IMG/VR virus record: IMGVR_UViG_3300020577_014401
Location: 45,993-109,992 of that record
Reading direction: 5' to 3' (one strand)
Length of the DNA: 64,000 nucleotides
Origin: a virus
Taxonomy: Duplodnaviria; Caudoviricetes
The first letter of the stretch is position 1. Every line of letters begins with the position of its first letter. The position numbers and the translations under genes are program-made. Shown here piece after piece: positions 18,684 to 28,071 of this stretch. The notes beneath the pieces are model-generated. The model did no database searches and had not been told where the DNA came from. It saw only the letters and a list, made by a program, of their open reading frames with translations.

Positions 18684-19574
18684 ATGCGCAAGAGCAACGG
18701 TGCGGGCGCATGGTTGGCACGCCAGATTGTTGCACACACTTACACGCAAAAGGCTTACGGCAATAAGGTCAATTTCGACTTGCTTAACGACGATGAGAAG
18801 TTCGCCTGCGCCGCGTCGATGTGGACCAGGGCCGTTTCCGTCATGCAGTACAACGGCACGGGCTGTGGCTCCTCCGCCAAGGCGGAGCGGATGGCGCGGC
18901 GCATGTACGGGTGCTATGCGCCCGGGTACAAGTTCGGTTCGCTCTGGCATGAACGCCCGACGTGGGACCTGTGCAAGCACGAACTCTGTCCGTACTGCTA
19001 CGCCCGTCGCGTGGTCAACATGTTCAAGGATCTCGCCAACGCGTTCAAGAATCGCCCCGAAGGCTCTGAGATCTGGATCTCGGCGTTCTACACCTTCGAC
19101 AATCGGAAGGAGTTCGCGAAGAAGCTCTGCAAGATCCGGCCGGCCTGCGCGGCGGCTTTTTACCTTCCGACCGGTCAGACCGACGGCGACGACGGCTGGA
19201 AGATCCACGGCGTGATGATGACCGACGACCCGGAGAAGTTCCGGACTCGAAAGTACAAGCGACGCATCTACAATTCGAATCAGATCGCCAGGGCGCTGGC
19301 GATGTGGATGCGTTACCCGCGGCCGTGGTATGCGAGGGGAGCGGTCAAGACCGCTCAGCTCATGGCCCATGTGTTCGCGTCGCTTCCCGACGGCAAGCAT
19401 CGTTACTCGACGTTCGGCGCGGCCCGAGCCGATTGCCGTCCCGGTTGCTCGTTCATGGACTGGAAGGCGTATGACGCGGGTGTGCCGCAGGATGTGATCG
19501 AGAAGTGGGAGCGCAAACGGGCGGATATCCGGCTATCAACTGGTACTCATCAACAGGAGTCGCATGAGGCGTAA
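18684..19574 (+). CDS. Divergent rolling-circle replication initiator homolog (Rep_1, pC194/pUB110-like) with degenerate HUH motif
   Basis: KAERM..GC, CKHELCPYCYARR, WKIHGVMM, MRYP and KHRYSTFG lie in the same order as Rep_1 motifs. The frame is open from 18285, so the start is uncertain. Confidence 0.6.
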   Translation: MRKSNGAGAWLARQIVAHTYTQKAYGNKVNFDLLNDDEKFACAASMWTRAVSVMQYNGTGCGSSAKAERMARRMYGCYAPGYKFGSLWHERPTWDLCKHELCPYCYARRVVNMFKDLANAFKNRPEGSEIWISAFYTFDNRKEFAKKLCKIRPACAAAFYLPTGQTDGDDGWKIHGVMMTDDPEKFRTRKYKRRIYNSNQIARALAMWMRYPRPWYARGAVKTAQLMAHVFASLPDGKHRYSTFGAARADCRPGCSFMDWKAYDAGVPQDVIEKWERKRADIRLSTGTHQQESHEA

Positions 19575-20997
19575 ACCGCATGTCTGGGTCGTCGGGGACT
19601 CGATGCTGGACATTTCCGTCCGTGCCGAGCAGTTCCCTCGAACTCCGGAAGACAGAACCGTGCCGGTTCTCCCGGCATACGATCTCGAAGCCCACGAGGT
19701 CCAGCCCGGTGGTGCCGCCAACGTCGCTGCCAATCTGTCCGCGATGGGGTGTGACACGATCTTGTACAGCCGATTCGGAAGAGACAAGGCTTCGACCAGG
19801 TTGATCGGCGACCTCGATGCCGCCTATGGCGTCGACTTCGGTCTGGTGAAGGAGCATCGTGACGGACATGCCACCGTCAAGACTCGGTACTACGAAGATG
19901 ACCGGCTGATCGCCCGCCACGATTCCAATTTTGATCAGCCTCCGATCAGCCACCAGTTCAAGGATGATGAGCCTTCGCCCGACGCTGTCGTGCTCACCGA
20001 TTACGGACGTGGCGTGATCGACGAGCAGTCCTTGAGGTCCTGGGTTTCCGCTTGCCGCGACCGCGGTGTTCCGCTGTTCGGGGACCCGAAGTTGGGTCGT
20101 ACGGCGATGTGGAGGAGCCACCCCGGTGTGATCATGGTCGCCAACTTCAAGGAAGCTCGGGAACTGGTGGCCGACCCCGGCAAGGGATTGTGCTTCGGTC
20201 GTGACGACGCCATGCGGATGGCGATGAAGCTCGCATTGGACTTCCCACGGTGCGTGGTCAAGTGTGGTCCGTTCGGGTCGGCGTACTGCGATCTCGACGG
20301 TTTTGGGAGGACGCCCGCTTACGGACCTCTGGCGGTGTTCGACGTGCAAGGTGCGGGCGACACATACTTGGCTGGTCTGGTGACGGCGATGTGCGGCGGC
20401 GCCAGCCTGGAGTTGGCGTGCAACTTCGCATCGGCTGCGGCGGGCGCGGCCGTCGGTGTCCGTGGGACCGCGGTGATCGACCGGAAAACTGTGCTGGACA
20501 CGATTCGCAAGTCGATCGTCGAGCCGACGGGGGCTTGTGCTTACGACGACGCGATCGCCAGTGCTCGAATTCGTCGGATGTACGGGCACAGCATCGGCCT
20601 GGTCAACGGATGCTTCGACCTGCTGCTTCCGCATCCGGGTCATCTGGCCCTGATCTCCGAGGCCGCCAAGAAGTGCGACTACCTGTATGTCGGCATCGAC
20701 TCCGACCGACGCGTTGCTGTGTTGAAGGGCGACGGCAGGCCGAGAACTCCGGAACAGGACCGGCTCGCCGCTGTCGCCGCTCTTCGTGGTGTCGATACGG
20801 CGTTCATCTTCGACACCCCGATCGAGAAGGTGGTTTCCGACTTGAAGCCGGATGTGATCGTCAAGGGATCCGATTACCGGGACAAGGGCGTTCCGGAAGC
20901 TGTTCTTCTTGACGAGTGGTCCGGTCGATTGGAGTTCGTCGAATTGGTTCCGACCAAGTCGACCACTCTCCGAATCGCGGAGATCGATGGTGAATGA
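19564..20997 (+). CDS. hldE: Bifunctional heptose-7-phosphate kinase / heptose-1-phosphate adenylyltransferase (ADP-heptose synthase)
   Basis: VVGDSMLD, PGGAANVAANL, TVKTRY, DVQGAGDT (PfkB domain); NGCFDLL.HPGH, DSDRRV..LKG..RP, PDVIVKGSDY. Confidence 0.92.
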   Translation: MRRKPHVWVVGDSMLDISVRAEQFPRTPEDRTVPVLPAYDLEAHEVQPGGAANVAANLSAMGCDTILYSRFGRDKASTRLIGDLDAAYGVDFGLVKEHRDGHATVKTRYYEDDRLIARHDSNFDQPPISHQFKDDEPSPDAVVLTDYGRGVIDEQSLRSWVSACRDRGVPLFGDPKLGRTAMWRSHPGVIMVANFKEARELVADPGKGLCFGRDDAMRMAMKLALDFPRCVVKCGPFGSAYCDLDGFGRTPAYGPLAVFDVQGAGDTYLAGLVTAMCGGASLELACNFASAAAGAAVGVRGTAVIDRKTVLDTIRKSIVEPTGACAYDDAIASARIRRMYGHSIGLVNGCFDLLLPHPGHLALISEAAKKCDYLYVGIDSDRRVAVLKGDGRPRTPEQDRLAAVAALRGVDTAFIFDTPIEKVVSDLKPDVIVKGSDYRDKGVPEAVLLDEWSGRLEFVELVPTKSTTLRIAEIDGE

Positions 20998-22081
20998 TTC
21001 CATTGAAGGGGTCGTGATCGGCGATCTTCACTGGCAGGAGTCTGTCGACCGGGGGACTTGGTCGGACATGCCCGGTGTCCGCGGCGACCTCGAATACGCG
21101 CTTCGAAAGACTGTCGAACTCTGCGTCGCCGACAAAGCCGACCTCTATTTGGCCGGCGACAATTTCGACGGACCTGATCCGGAACCGGAATCGGTTTCCG
21201 CCTTGTACGCCATCCTCAGACCCATCCTCGATTCCAAGTTTGACATCTACTACGTGATCGGCAACCACGAGCGCGGGCGCGACTGGTTGGCCCCGCTCGG
21301 TTACAAGGCGATCCGGATCGAGGACGGCAAGGCGATCCGGACGAGGTTCGGCAGGACCGTGTCGGGACTGAACTTCCAAGACCCCGATCGATTTGAAGAC
21401 CTGGTTCGGATGGTGCCGAAGACGGACATCGGACTGTACCACCAGTCGTTTCGCGAGTGGACTGGCGGGCGTGGTTTTCCGTTGTCGTGTCTGCCGCCGC
21501 ATCGTCTGGCCATCTGCGGGGACACGCACGTTCAGGCCGTGGTCCGGCCGCAGCCGGCGGTGGTGAGGTTGTCGCCCGGTTCTCTGGTTCCTCAGTCGAC
21601 GACCGAGTTCGATTCGGCATCCAAGGTCTGGCGGATCACGTCGGAGTTGGATGTGATGGCAGTCAGCCTGCCCGGCAGGAAGCGAATCCGTAGAGTCATC
21701 GAGAACGCCGATCAGGCCGACGCAGTGCTCGCGGAAATCGCCAAGTTGAATTGCGCTGACGGCTCGTTGCCGCCGCGGATCAGGGAGCCGATCGTCGCTG
21801 TCCGGTTGATGACGCCGATTCCCGGGTTCACGGATGTTCTTAGGAAGCTGGCGGGCGACCGCGGCTTCCACATCCGTGTGTCCGACGACTCGAAGTCCAG
21901 AAGTCCCAGACAACAACAAGCCAGGTCCGGCTCGGCGACTTTGGTCGAAGCCATTCTTTCGTGGGACGCCCCCCAGGACGCCAAGGACTTGGCGTTGGCG
22001 GCATTGTCGCCCGGTGCCGACCCGAAGTCGGTTTTTGCGAGGGATCTTCGTGCTCAAACTGAAATCGTTGGATCTGTGTGA
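20987..22081 (+). CDS. sbcD: Mre11/SbcD-like metallophosphoesterase nuclease
   Basis: GDLH, AGDNFD, GNHE, HQ, GDTH, PGS motifs. Confidence 0.85.
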   Translation: MVNDSIEGVVIGDLHWQESVDRGTWSDMPGVRGDLEYALRKTVELCVADKADLYLAGDNFDGPDPEPESVSALYAILRPILDSKFDIYYVIGNHERGRDWLAPLGYKAIRIEDGKAIRTRFGRTVSGLNFQDPDRFEDLVRMVPKTDIGLYHQSFREWTGGRGFPLSCLPPHRLAICGDTHVQAVVRPQPAVVRLSPGSLVPQSTTEFDSASKVWRITSELDVMAVSLPGRKRIRRVIENADQADAVLAEIAKLNCADGSLPPRIREPIVAVRLMTPIPGFTDVLRKLAGDRGFHIRVSDDSKSRSPRQQQARSGSATLVEAILSWDAPQDAKDLALAALSPGADPKSVFARDLRAQTEIVGSV

Positions 22082-24101
22082 TGTCGGCGTTTTCTCGGGT
22101 GATAAGTCATTTGATCTGTCTGGTCGTCTTGTCGGCATCGTCGGGTCCAACGGTCGCGGGAAAAGCACCATTCTCGAGATGATCCGGTTTCTGATCACCG
22201 GGGACACGTCTCGCTTCGGCAAATCCGATTCCGTTTCGACCGGAAGGTGCTCGCCTGAGCAGCCGTATGGCCGTCTGGTCGCCGACGTCGACGGTGACCC
22301 GCTCTCGGTCACCCGGTGGTTGCCGGACGGCTCGCGGGACGGCAAGCGTCGCATGGTGTTCGGCAACCAATCCTGGTCGACGCAAGACGACATCGCCTCT
22401 GAAATCTCCAAACTGTCGGACGTGCCGGTGAAGTTGCTGTCCGAATTCGTGTTCGTTCAGCAGGGTCGGCTTTCTTCGATCGCCGATGACCGACCGTCCG
22501 ATCGGGCCAGAACTTTGCAGCGGCTGTTCGGTATCGAGGAGGCCGAGAAGGTTCGTGCAGCGGCTGCTGACCACTTGGTCTCCTTGCCGGGCCGGCAGGA
22601 CAAGGAGGTGCTGGCCGCTCTTCGAGCCAGGTATGTGGAGGCTGAGACCGCCTGGCTCGACGCCAAATCCAAGCTCGACGCCGTGCCTCCTCCGATGAAT
22701 GAAGTTTCCGAGGCGGTCGAGTTGCTCGCCAAGTTTTCCAACCAGCAGCAGTCCCGAGTCGAGATCGCGAAACTGGAGGCACAGCTGGAGCAGTACCAGT
22801 CGCGGCTGAATCGAGAACCGGAGATTGAGCCGGATCCCGTCACACTGCAACGGTTGGAGGCTTTGAGGTGCCAGTGGCTGTCTTATCTCCATGCCGCCCG
22901 TCAACTCGACAGTCTGGAAGACGACGGGGAGGCTGCGAAAGCGGCTCTGGCGATGGAGGAGTCCACGAAACCTTCGGATTTGTTCGAAGGTCCCGGTCCT
23001 CTGCCGGAATCGGCCAAGCGGTTCATCTCGGAGAAATACAGGTTCAAAGTCATCGCCGAGATGCCCGAGTCGGATGGCGTGTGCCCGGTCTGCGGGTCGG
23101 GTTTCGATTGTTCGAAAGTTTCACGAGAGGATGCAGTCAGGGCTCTGCGAACGATCGAAGAGCTCGAGGAGCTGGATCGTGAGCACCACGCCGCCGTGGC
23201 CGATCACAACTGGAAACTTCAAATCGCGGCTGAGCGGATCGTCGCCGCCCATCGCGAAGTCGAACGGATTACCAACAAGATCGAAGCTTTGACCGTGCCT
23301 GAGAAGCCGGACATCGATTACGCCCAAGTCGAATCGAAGCTGTCCAGCTATACAATCAAGGTCACGACGTTTCACAACGACCGCGTCGAGCGAGAGCGGG
23401 CCCGACAGGAATGTGATCGGATCCGGGCCAGGATCGACGACATCAACGCCACAGCCGGCGAACCGGTTTCTTCGTCTGAGGCGGCCGCGGCTCGACTCTA
23501 CATCGAGACGCACGATAAGCTGGAGGCGAATCGGAGAGTGCTGTCGGCGAGAGCGACGGCACTCAAGGAGTCGTTCGATTCCGCTCAGGCTCTTCTTCGC
23601 AAGGCCGAAGAGTCGGATTCCCGGTATGAGGCGATCGAGCCGCACCGGGCCAGGGTCTTGGCGATTCGAGACATGCTTCATCGAGACGCCGCTCCGGCTC
23701 AATCGGTGAAAGGTTGTCTCGACAGCCTGACCTCGGAATTGAACGATACGCTGGCCGAGTTGAAGGCCAGGTTTCGTGTCTCCGTCCGAGACGACGGGGA
23801 GCTGATGGCTGAGTTTCGCGACGGAACTTCGAAGTCTTCGATCCGCGTCAGCCGGATCAGCAAGGGGGAGCGGGCGGTTCTTGGTCTGGCCTGGGTGGTG
23901 TCCGTTTCGACCAGGTACGCCCCGCGTGTCGGTGTTCTGTGTCTGGACGAGCCGACCGACGGGCTCGACCGGGAGAGGGTTGGCGCGCTTCGATCGTCGC
24001 TGACCTCGTGGTCCGAGGCCAACCCGGATCGTCAGTGCATCGTCGTGACTCACGAGCGATCGCTGATGGGAGTGTTCGATCGAGTCATCGATCTGGGGTG
24101 A
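22050..24101 (+). CDS. sbcC: Rad50/SbcC-like SMC ATPase
   Basis: GSNGRGKST, Q-loop VQQG, zinc hook CPVC, signature ISKGER, LDEPT, VTH. Confidence 0.9.
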   Translation: MLKLKSLDLCDVGVFSGDKSFDLSGRLVGIVGSNGRGKSTILEMIRFLITGDTSRFGKSDSVSTGRCSPEQPYGRLVADVDGDPLSVTRWLPDGSRDGKRRMVFGNQSWSTQDDIASEISKLSDVPVKLLSEFVFVQQGRLSSIADDRPSDRARTLQRLFGIEEAEKVRAAAADHLVSLPGRQDKEVLAALRARYVEAETAWLDAKSKLDAVPPPMNEVSEAVELLAKFSNQQQSRVEIAKLEAQLEQYQSRLNREPEIEPDPVTLQRLEALRCQWLSYLHAARQLDSLEDDGEAAKAALAMEESTKPSDLFEGPGPLPESAKRFISEKYRFKVIAEMPESDGVCPVCGSGFDCSKVSREDAVRALRTIEELEELDREHHAAVADHNWKLQIAAERIVAAHREVERITNKIEALTVPEKPDIDYAQVESKLSSYTIKVTTFHNDRVERERARQECDRIRARIDDINATAGEPVSSSEAAAARLYIETHDKLEANRRVLSARATALKESFDSAQALLRKAEESDSRYEAIEPHRARVLAIRDMLHRDAAPAQSVKGCLDSLTSELNDTLAELKARFRVSVRDDGELMAEFRDGTSKSSIRVSRISKGERAVLGLAWVVSVSTRYAPRVGVLCLDEPTDGLDRERVGALRSSLTSWSEANPDRQCIVVTHERSLMGVFDRVIDLG

Positions 24102-24104
24102 ATA

Positions 24105-25604
24105 ATGAAGTCCGAACAGATCCATCTGCAACGAAAGGGGCGACTGGTTCTGGCATCGGGTCCCGGTCGGACACCTCTCTCCGCCGGGACGTACAACTGG
24201 ATGGCCGACGCCCTGACCTACTACGAGAAGAAGTTCGACCCGACCGCGGCCCCGGGGGAGAACTTCGATTTCATCGACAGGAGGATCTACAACCCGGGGC
24301 CGTTTCCCCGGACTCTCGTGTTCCCGCTCGGCATGCGGTCGAGGATCGCCAAGGAGCTCGCCGGGCACGGTGCTTCCGTGACGCTGACTGGTCGGAGCAT
24401 GGTCGACGAAATCCAAGGAACCCCGGCCGGTGAAGTTGATTGGGATGCCTTGCTTGACAGTTTCACGGTCCATCCCGACCAGCAGCAGTTGCTGTTCAAG
24501 GTCACGGCCGCGGACGGCGGTATCGTGTCGGCTCCGACTGGGTTGGGTAAAAGCGTTCTTGTGAAGATGATCTGCAAGCTCTACCCGAAAGCCCGGATTC
24601 ATGTGGCGACCAAGTCCGTCCAGCTCGCTGACGAGATCTACGGAGATCTGCTCACGGTGGTCCCGACTGTCGGGATGGTTGGCGGGGGCAAGCGTAAGCC
24701 GGCGAGAGTGACCGTTTACGTCGCTGACAGTCTTCATCATGGCATGGGTCAGGCCGATCTGCTGCTGCTCGACGAGCTCCACCAGCTTTTGGCGCCGAGG
24801 TACGTCGAGATGATCGGCCGGTACCAGACGGCCCGAATCTTCGCGTTCTCGGCCACTCCGACCGGCCGTTCCGACGGTCGCGACATTCTCGGTGAGGCGA
24901 TTTGCGGTCCGGTTTTGCAAACCATGCACTACCAGGACGGGGTCGCGATGGGGCGCATCGTGCCGATCACGGTCGAGTGGATCCCGATGCGGGTGGGCCC
25001 GGACACGTCCGGGATCCGGAACATCGCCATCAAGGATCGGTTCGCGATCTCCAGGAACATCGACAGGAACAAGGCGATCGCCGAGCGTGTTTCAAAGTTC
25101 TCGGATGACGAACAGGTGATGATCATCGTGAAGACGATCGACCACGCCGTTCAGCTGAAGTCGTTGCTTCCGGATTTCACCATGGCGTACGCGGCCAATG
25201 GCATGGACGAGGACCGGCTCGAGAAGTACATCGAAGCCGGAGAGCTCCCCCCGAATGAACCGTTGATGACTCGGGAGCGTCTCTCATCTTTGCGGAAAGC
25301 GTTCGCAGACGGTACTTTGAAGAAGGTCATTTCAAACTACGTCTGGAGCACGGGGGTCAATTTCCGCAATCTTTCGGTTTTGGTCAGGGCCGACGCCGCC
25401 GCCAGCGAAATCCTGGACGGGCAGATTCCGGGTCGGATTTCCAGACGTGTGCCGGGTCAGAAGGAATCGGCTTTGCTGATCGACTGTTGGGACGAATGGG
25501 ATTCGCGTCTCATGAAGAAGGCCCAATCTCGATCCCGCAACTACAGGAAGAGGGCATGGAACCAAGTGTGGCCGCAATCCTCCCCGGTGGGGGTCGGGTT
25601 ATGA
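24105..25604 (+). CDS. SF2 DNA helicase (UvsW-like)
   Basis: APTGLGKS, DELH, SATP, STGVN, QIPGRISR. Confidence 0.85.
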   Translation: MKSEQIHLQRKGRLVLASGPGRTPLSAGTYNWMADALTYYEKKFDPTAAPGENFDFIDRRIYNPGPFPRTLVFPLGMRSRIAKELAGHGASVTLTGRSMVDEIQGTPAGEVDWDALLDSFTVHPDQQQLLFKVTAADGGIVSAPTGLGKSVLVKMICKLYPKARIHVATKSVQLADEIYGDLLTVVPTVGMVGGGKRKPARVTVYVADSLHHGMGQADLLLLDELHQLLAPRYVEMIGRYQTARIFAFSATPTGRSDGRDILGEAICGPVLQTMHYQDGVAMGRIVPITVEWIPMRVGPDTSGIRNIAIKDRFAISRNIDRNKAIAERVSKFSDDEQVMIIVKTIDHAVQLKSLLPDFTMAYAANGMDEDRLEKYIEAGELPPNEPLMTRERLSSLRKAFADGTLKKVISNYVWSTGVNFRNLSVLVRADAAASEILDGQIPGRISRRVPGQKESALLIDCWDEWDSRLMKKAQSRSRNYRKRAWNQVWPQSSPVGVGL

Positions 25605-26314
25605 GCAACAACGACGGGCCGCCGGACTGCTGGGACGAACAGATCGAAGTCCCGCCGAAGGCGTCCAAGAAAAAGTACGATGATCGTCGGCCGATTCTTT
25701 CGGCCGACGAAGAGGAAGCTCGCCGCCTGTGGGTGATGGCCATGCGGGCGCATCATCAGAAGCGGACAGGGGAACCGTCGAATTACGATTCCAACCCGGC
25801 TTGGGACGGTGGTCGGTGCAACAACACCGGCCGGGTCTACCACTCGTCGATTTGGCCGGCCTTTGTTGCCAAAGCTCGCTCGGCAGGCTATTCTCCCGGT
25901 GAGCTGATCGGCGTCCTTTTCCGCTCGTGGGCCAGCGAGACCTCGCCGACCCCCCACGCGGCTACGACCCATGAAAACATCCAGAGGGCGGCTCGAGACC
26001 GGATGCTTCGGAAGCGGCGTATTGCCGAGTCCTTGAGGACCGAAGAGTCGATCTACAAGGCTGATGTGTGGGGCGTGACGCAGGTCATCCCGGACAAGCG
26101 GGAAGCGATTCGATTCGTGTTGAATGACACGAGTCGTATCCTGTCGCCGTTGTTCCGTTACTCGGTGGCGAAGATCGCCAATCTCGACGACGTCGCCTCG
26201 CGATGGGAGGCGGCCGCCGTGTCGCAGTTTCAGTCCGATCGGGATGCTTATCTCGAGCACTGGTCGGCGCTGGTTCCCGAATCCATGAAGCAACCCGCCT
26301 CACAGGCGGTCTGA
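25601..26314 (+). CDS. Hypothetical protein in replication operon
   Basis: ATGA overlap with the helicase gene. Confidence 0.65.
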   Translation: MSNNDGPPDCWDEQIEVPPKASKKKYDDRRPILSADEEEARRLWVMAMRAHHQKRTGEPSNYDSNPAWDGGRCNNTGRVYHSSIWPAFVAKARSAGYSPGELIGVLFRSWASETSPTPHAATTHENIQRAARDRMLRKRRIAESLRTEESIYKADVWGVTQVIPDKREAIRFVLNDTSRILSPLFRYSVAKIANLDDVASRWEAAAVSQFQSDRDAYLEHWSALVPESMKQPASQAV

Positions 26315-26333
26315 TAACAAGGACGTCCGCCCC

Positions 26334-28046
26334 ATGTCGAGCCAAAAGCGACCGACCGACCCGGATCCGATCGGGTCGGCCGTGAGGACCAATGTCCGCC
26401 CGCGGATGACACCGCACGAAATCGAGTTCATGCTCGCGTCGGTGATCCGCTCGCAGGCCGTTTATCTCGCCGCCAAGGACCCGCTTTCCGATCTGACTTT
26501 GTTCAACAGCGATGAGGGTCGTTACATTCTGCTTTGGAGGGCGGCGCATACCGCTCTCCAGAACAGCCGGTGCAGTCTTCCTCCCGACCCGGCCACCGCC
26601 AAGGAAATCGTCGCCAGCCATGTGGCCGCCGAAGTGGCCACCGACATCACCAAGCGCGTTTACACTCCATCCGTCGAAGCGGCCGTTCTTGAGGAAGGCG
26701 GCTTGCTCGACGCCGTGTTTTCTCTTCCCATGGACGATGCCGTGGTCGAACGCGGCATCGATCTGCTTTCTCAGTTCGTCGTGGAACGGAAAGTCGGCGA
26801 CCCGATTCGGCGGGCGTTGGCCGGATTGTCGAGCCAAGAGACGATCAGCGACCCGGCTGCGATCATCGCCGTGCTCGAGCGCCATTCGTGCGACATCAGC
26901 GGCATCAAGGCCGACCCGGGCGCCGACGCGTTCTTGCCGACATTCGAGTCCCTGCCGCCCGGTCCGAAAGTGTCGACCACCGGCATCCGCGGCATGGATG
27001 AACTGCTCAACGGCGGCCACGCTGCTCAGGAGACCTACGTCCTTCTCGGCCCCACTTCGGGCGGCAAGTCGGCTCTGGCCACCCAAATCGCCATTGAAGG
27101 GGCCAAGATCCAGTCGGCTCTCGCTTCCGAGATCGGGCCCGACCGAGCCGGGTACTGGTACTACTTCACTTGGGAGTTGAGCCGCGATCAGCTTCGCGCC
27201 CGCATGTACGGCTATGAGGCTCGGATTCATGCTGACACGTTCAAGGAGGACATGGTCACCCGGGCCATGAACCCTCTGTCGACCAGCGAAGATCTCACAA
27301 CCCTCAAGCCGTACGAGTCCGAGCCGTTTGTCAACTCGCCGGGCAACCCGGTGATGGGCGAGCGTGAAAGGTTGCGGTTGGTGAACGCCAGGATGTCCGG
27401 TCCGAACAGCCGACTCGTCATCGTCGACTACTCCGCCCACGCCGGCGGGTCGGCCGGGTTCGGCGGCACTGACGAGATCGCCCGGTATCTGCACAGGCAG
27501 CGGAGCCGTGGCCGCAAGATTTCCGGAATCGTGATCGATTATGCCGGCCTGGTGGTGGAGCGGTACTGCCAGCACCAGCGGCTTCGTCCGAGCGACCAGT
27601 ACATCTTGCTCGCCGGGTTCGTCAACGAAGTCCGGTCCAAGATTTCCATCCCGTATGATTGCGCCTCGTGGGTTCTGCATCAGTTGCACGGTTCCACCAG
27701 CAAGTTGGCGCCCGGTCGCGTGGCCCACCATTCCGACGCCCGCGGCTGTCAGAACTTCGCCGACAACGCCGACTTTGGCATCCAAATCGGAAATCGCCAG
27801 ATGTCGACGGGGATGGTTCAGGTGAAGGCGACCAAGACTCGTCGAGCGCCTGGTCGGGAGGACGGAGTTCTGCTTCACTTCGATGGTCGGTTCGGTCGGT
27901 TCTCGGACCCCAATCAGCATTACGTCATCGACCCGATGACCCACCAGATCGTGCCTCAGGATTTCATCAGTTCGCAGACCGCCAAGACGCCGTACAACCC
28001 GAGTTCCGGTCGTCCCAATGTCGATCCCACGATTGGCATCGGATAG
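26334..28046 (+). CDS. dnaB: DnaB-like replicative helicase
   Basis: LGPTSGGKS, FTWEL, IVIDYAGL, LHQL, ADNADF, KTRR. Confidence 0.8.
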   Translation: MSSQKRPTDPDPIGSAVRTNVRPRMTPHEIEFMLASVIRSQAVYLAAKDPLSDLTLFNSDEGRYILLWRAAHTALQNSRCSLPPDPATAKEIVASHVAAEVATDITKRVYTPSVEAAVLEEGGLLDAVFSLPMDDAVVERGIDLLSQFVVERKVGDPIRRALAGLSSQETISDPAAIIAVLERHSCDISGIKADPGADAFLPTFESLPPGPKVSTTGIRGMDELLNGGHAAQETYVLLGPTSGGKSALATQIAIEGAKIQSALASEIGPDRAGYWYYFTWELSRDQLRARMYGYEARIHADTFKEDMVTRAMNPLSTSEDLTTLKPYESEPFVNSPGNPVMGERERLRLVNARMSGPNSRLVIVDYSAHAGGSAGFGGTDEIARYLHRQRSRGRKISGIVIDYAGLVVERYCQHQRLRPSDQYILLAGFVNEVRSKISIPYDCASWVLHQLHGSTSKLAPGRVAHHSDARGCQNFADNADFGIQIGNRQMSTGMVQVKATKTRRAPGREDGVLLHFDGRFGRFSDPNQHYVIDPMTHQIVPQDFISSQTAKTPYNPSSGRPNVDPTIGIG

Positions 28047-28071
28047 CCGGATATCGGCGAACGACAGGAGT

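Noticed and set aside
18104-19574. Neighbouring protein as a Cas12f/TnpB effector
   Set aside because: No RuvC D-E-D motifs seen; the motif order fits Rep_1 better.
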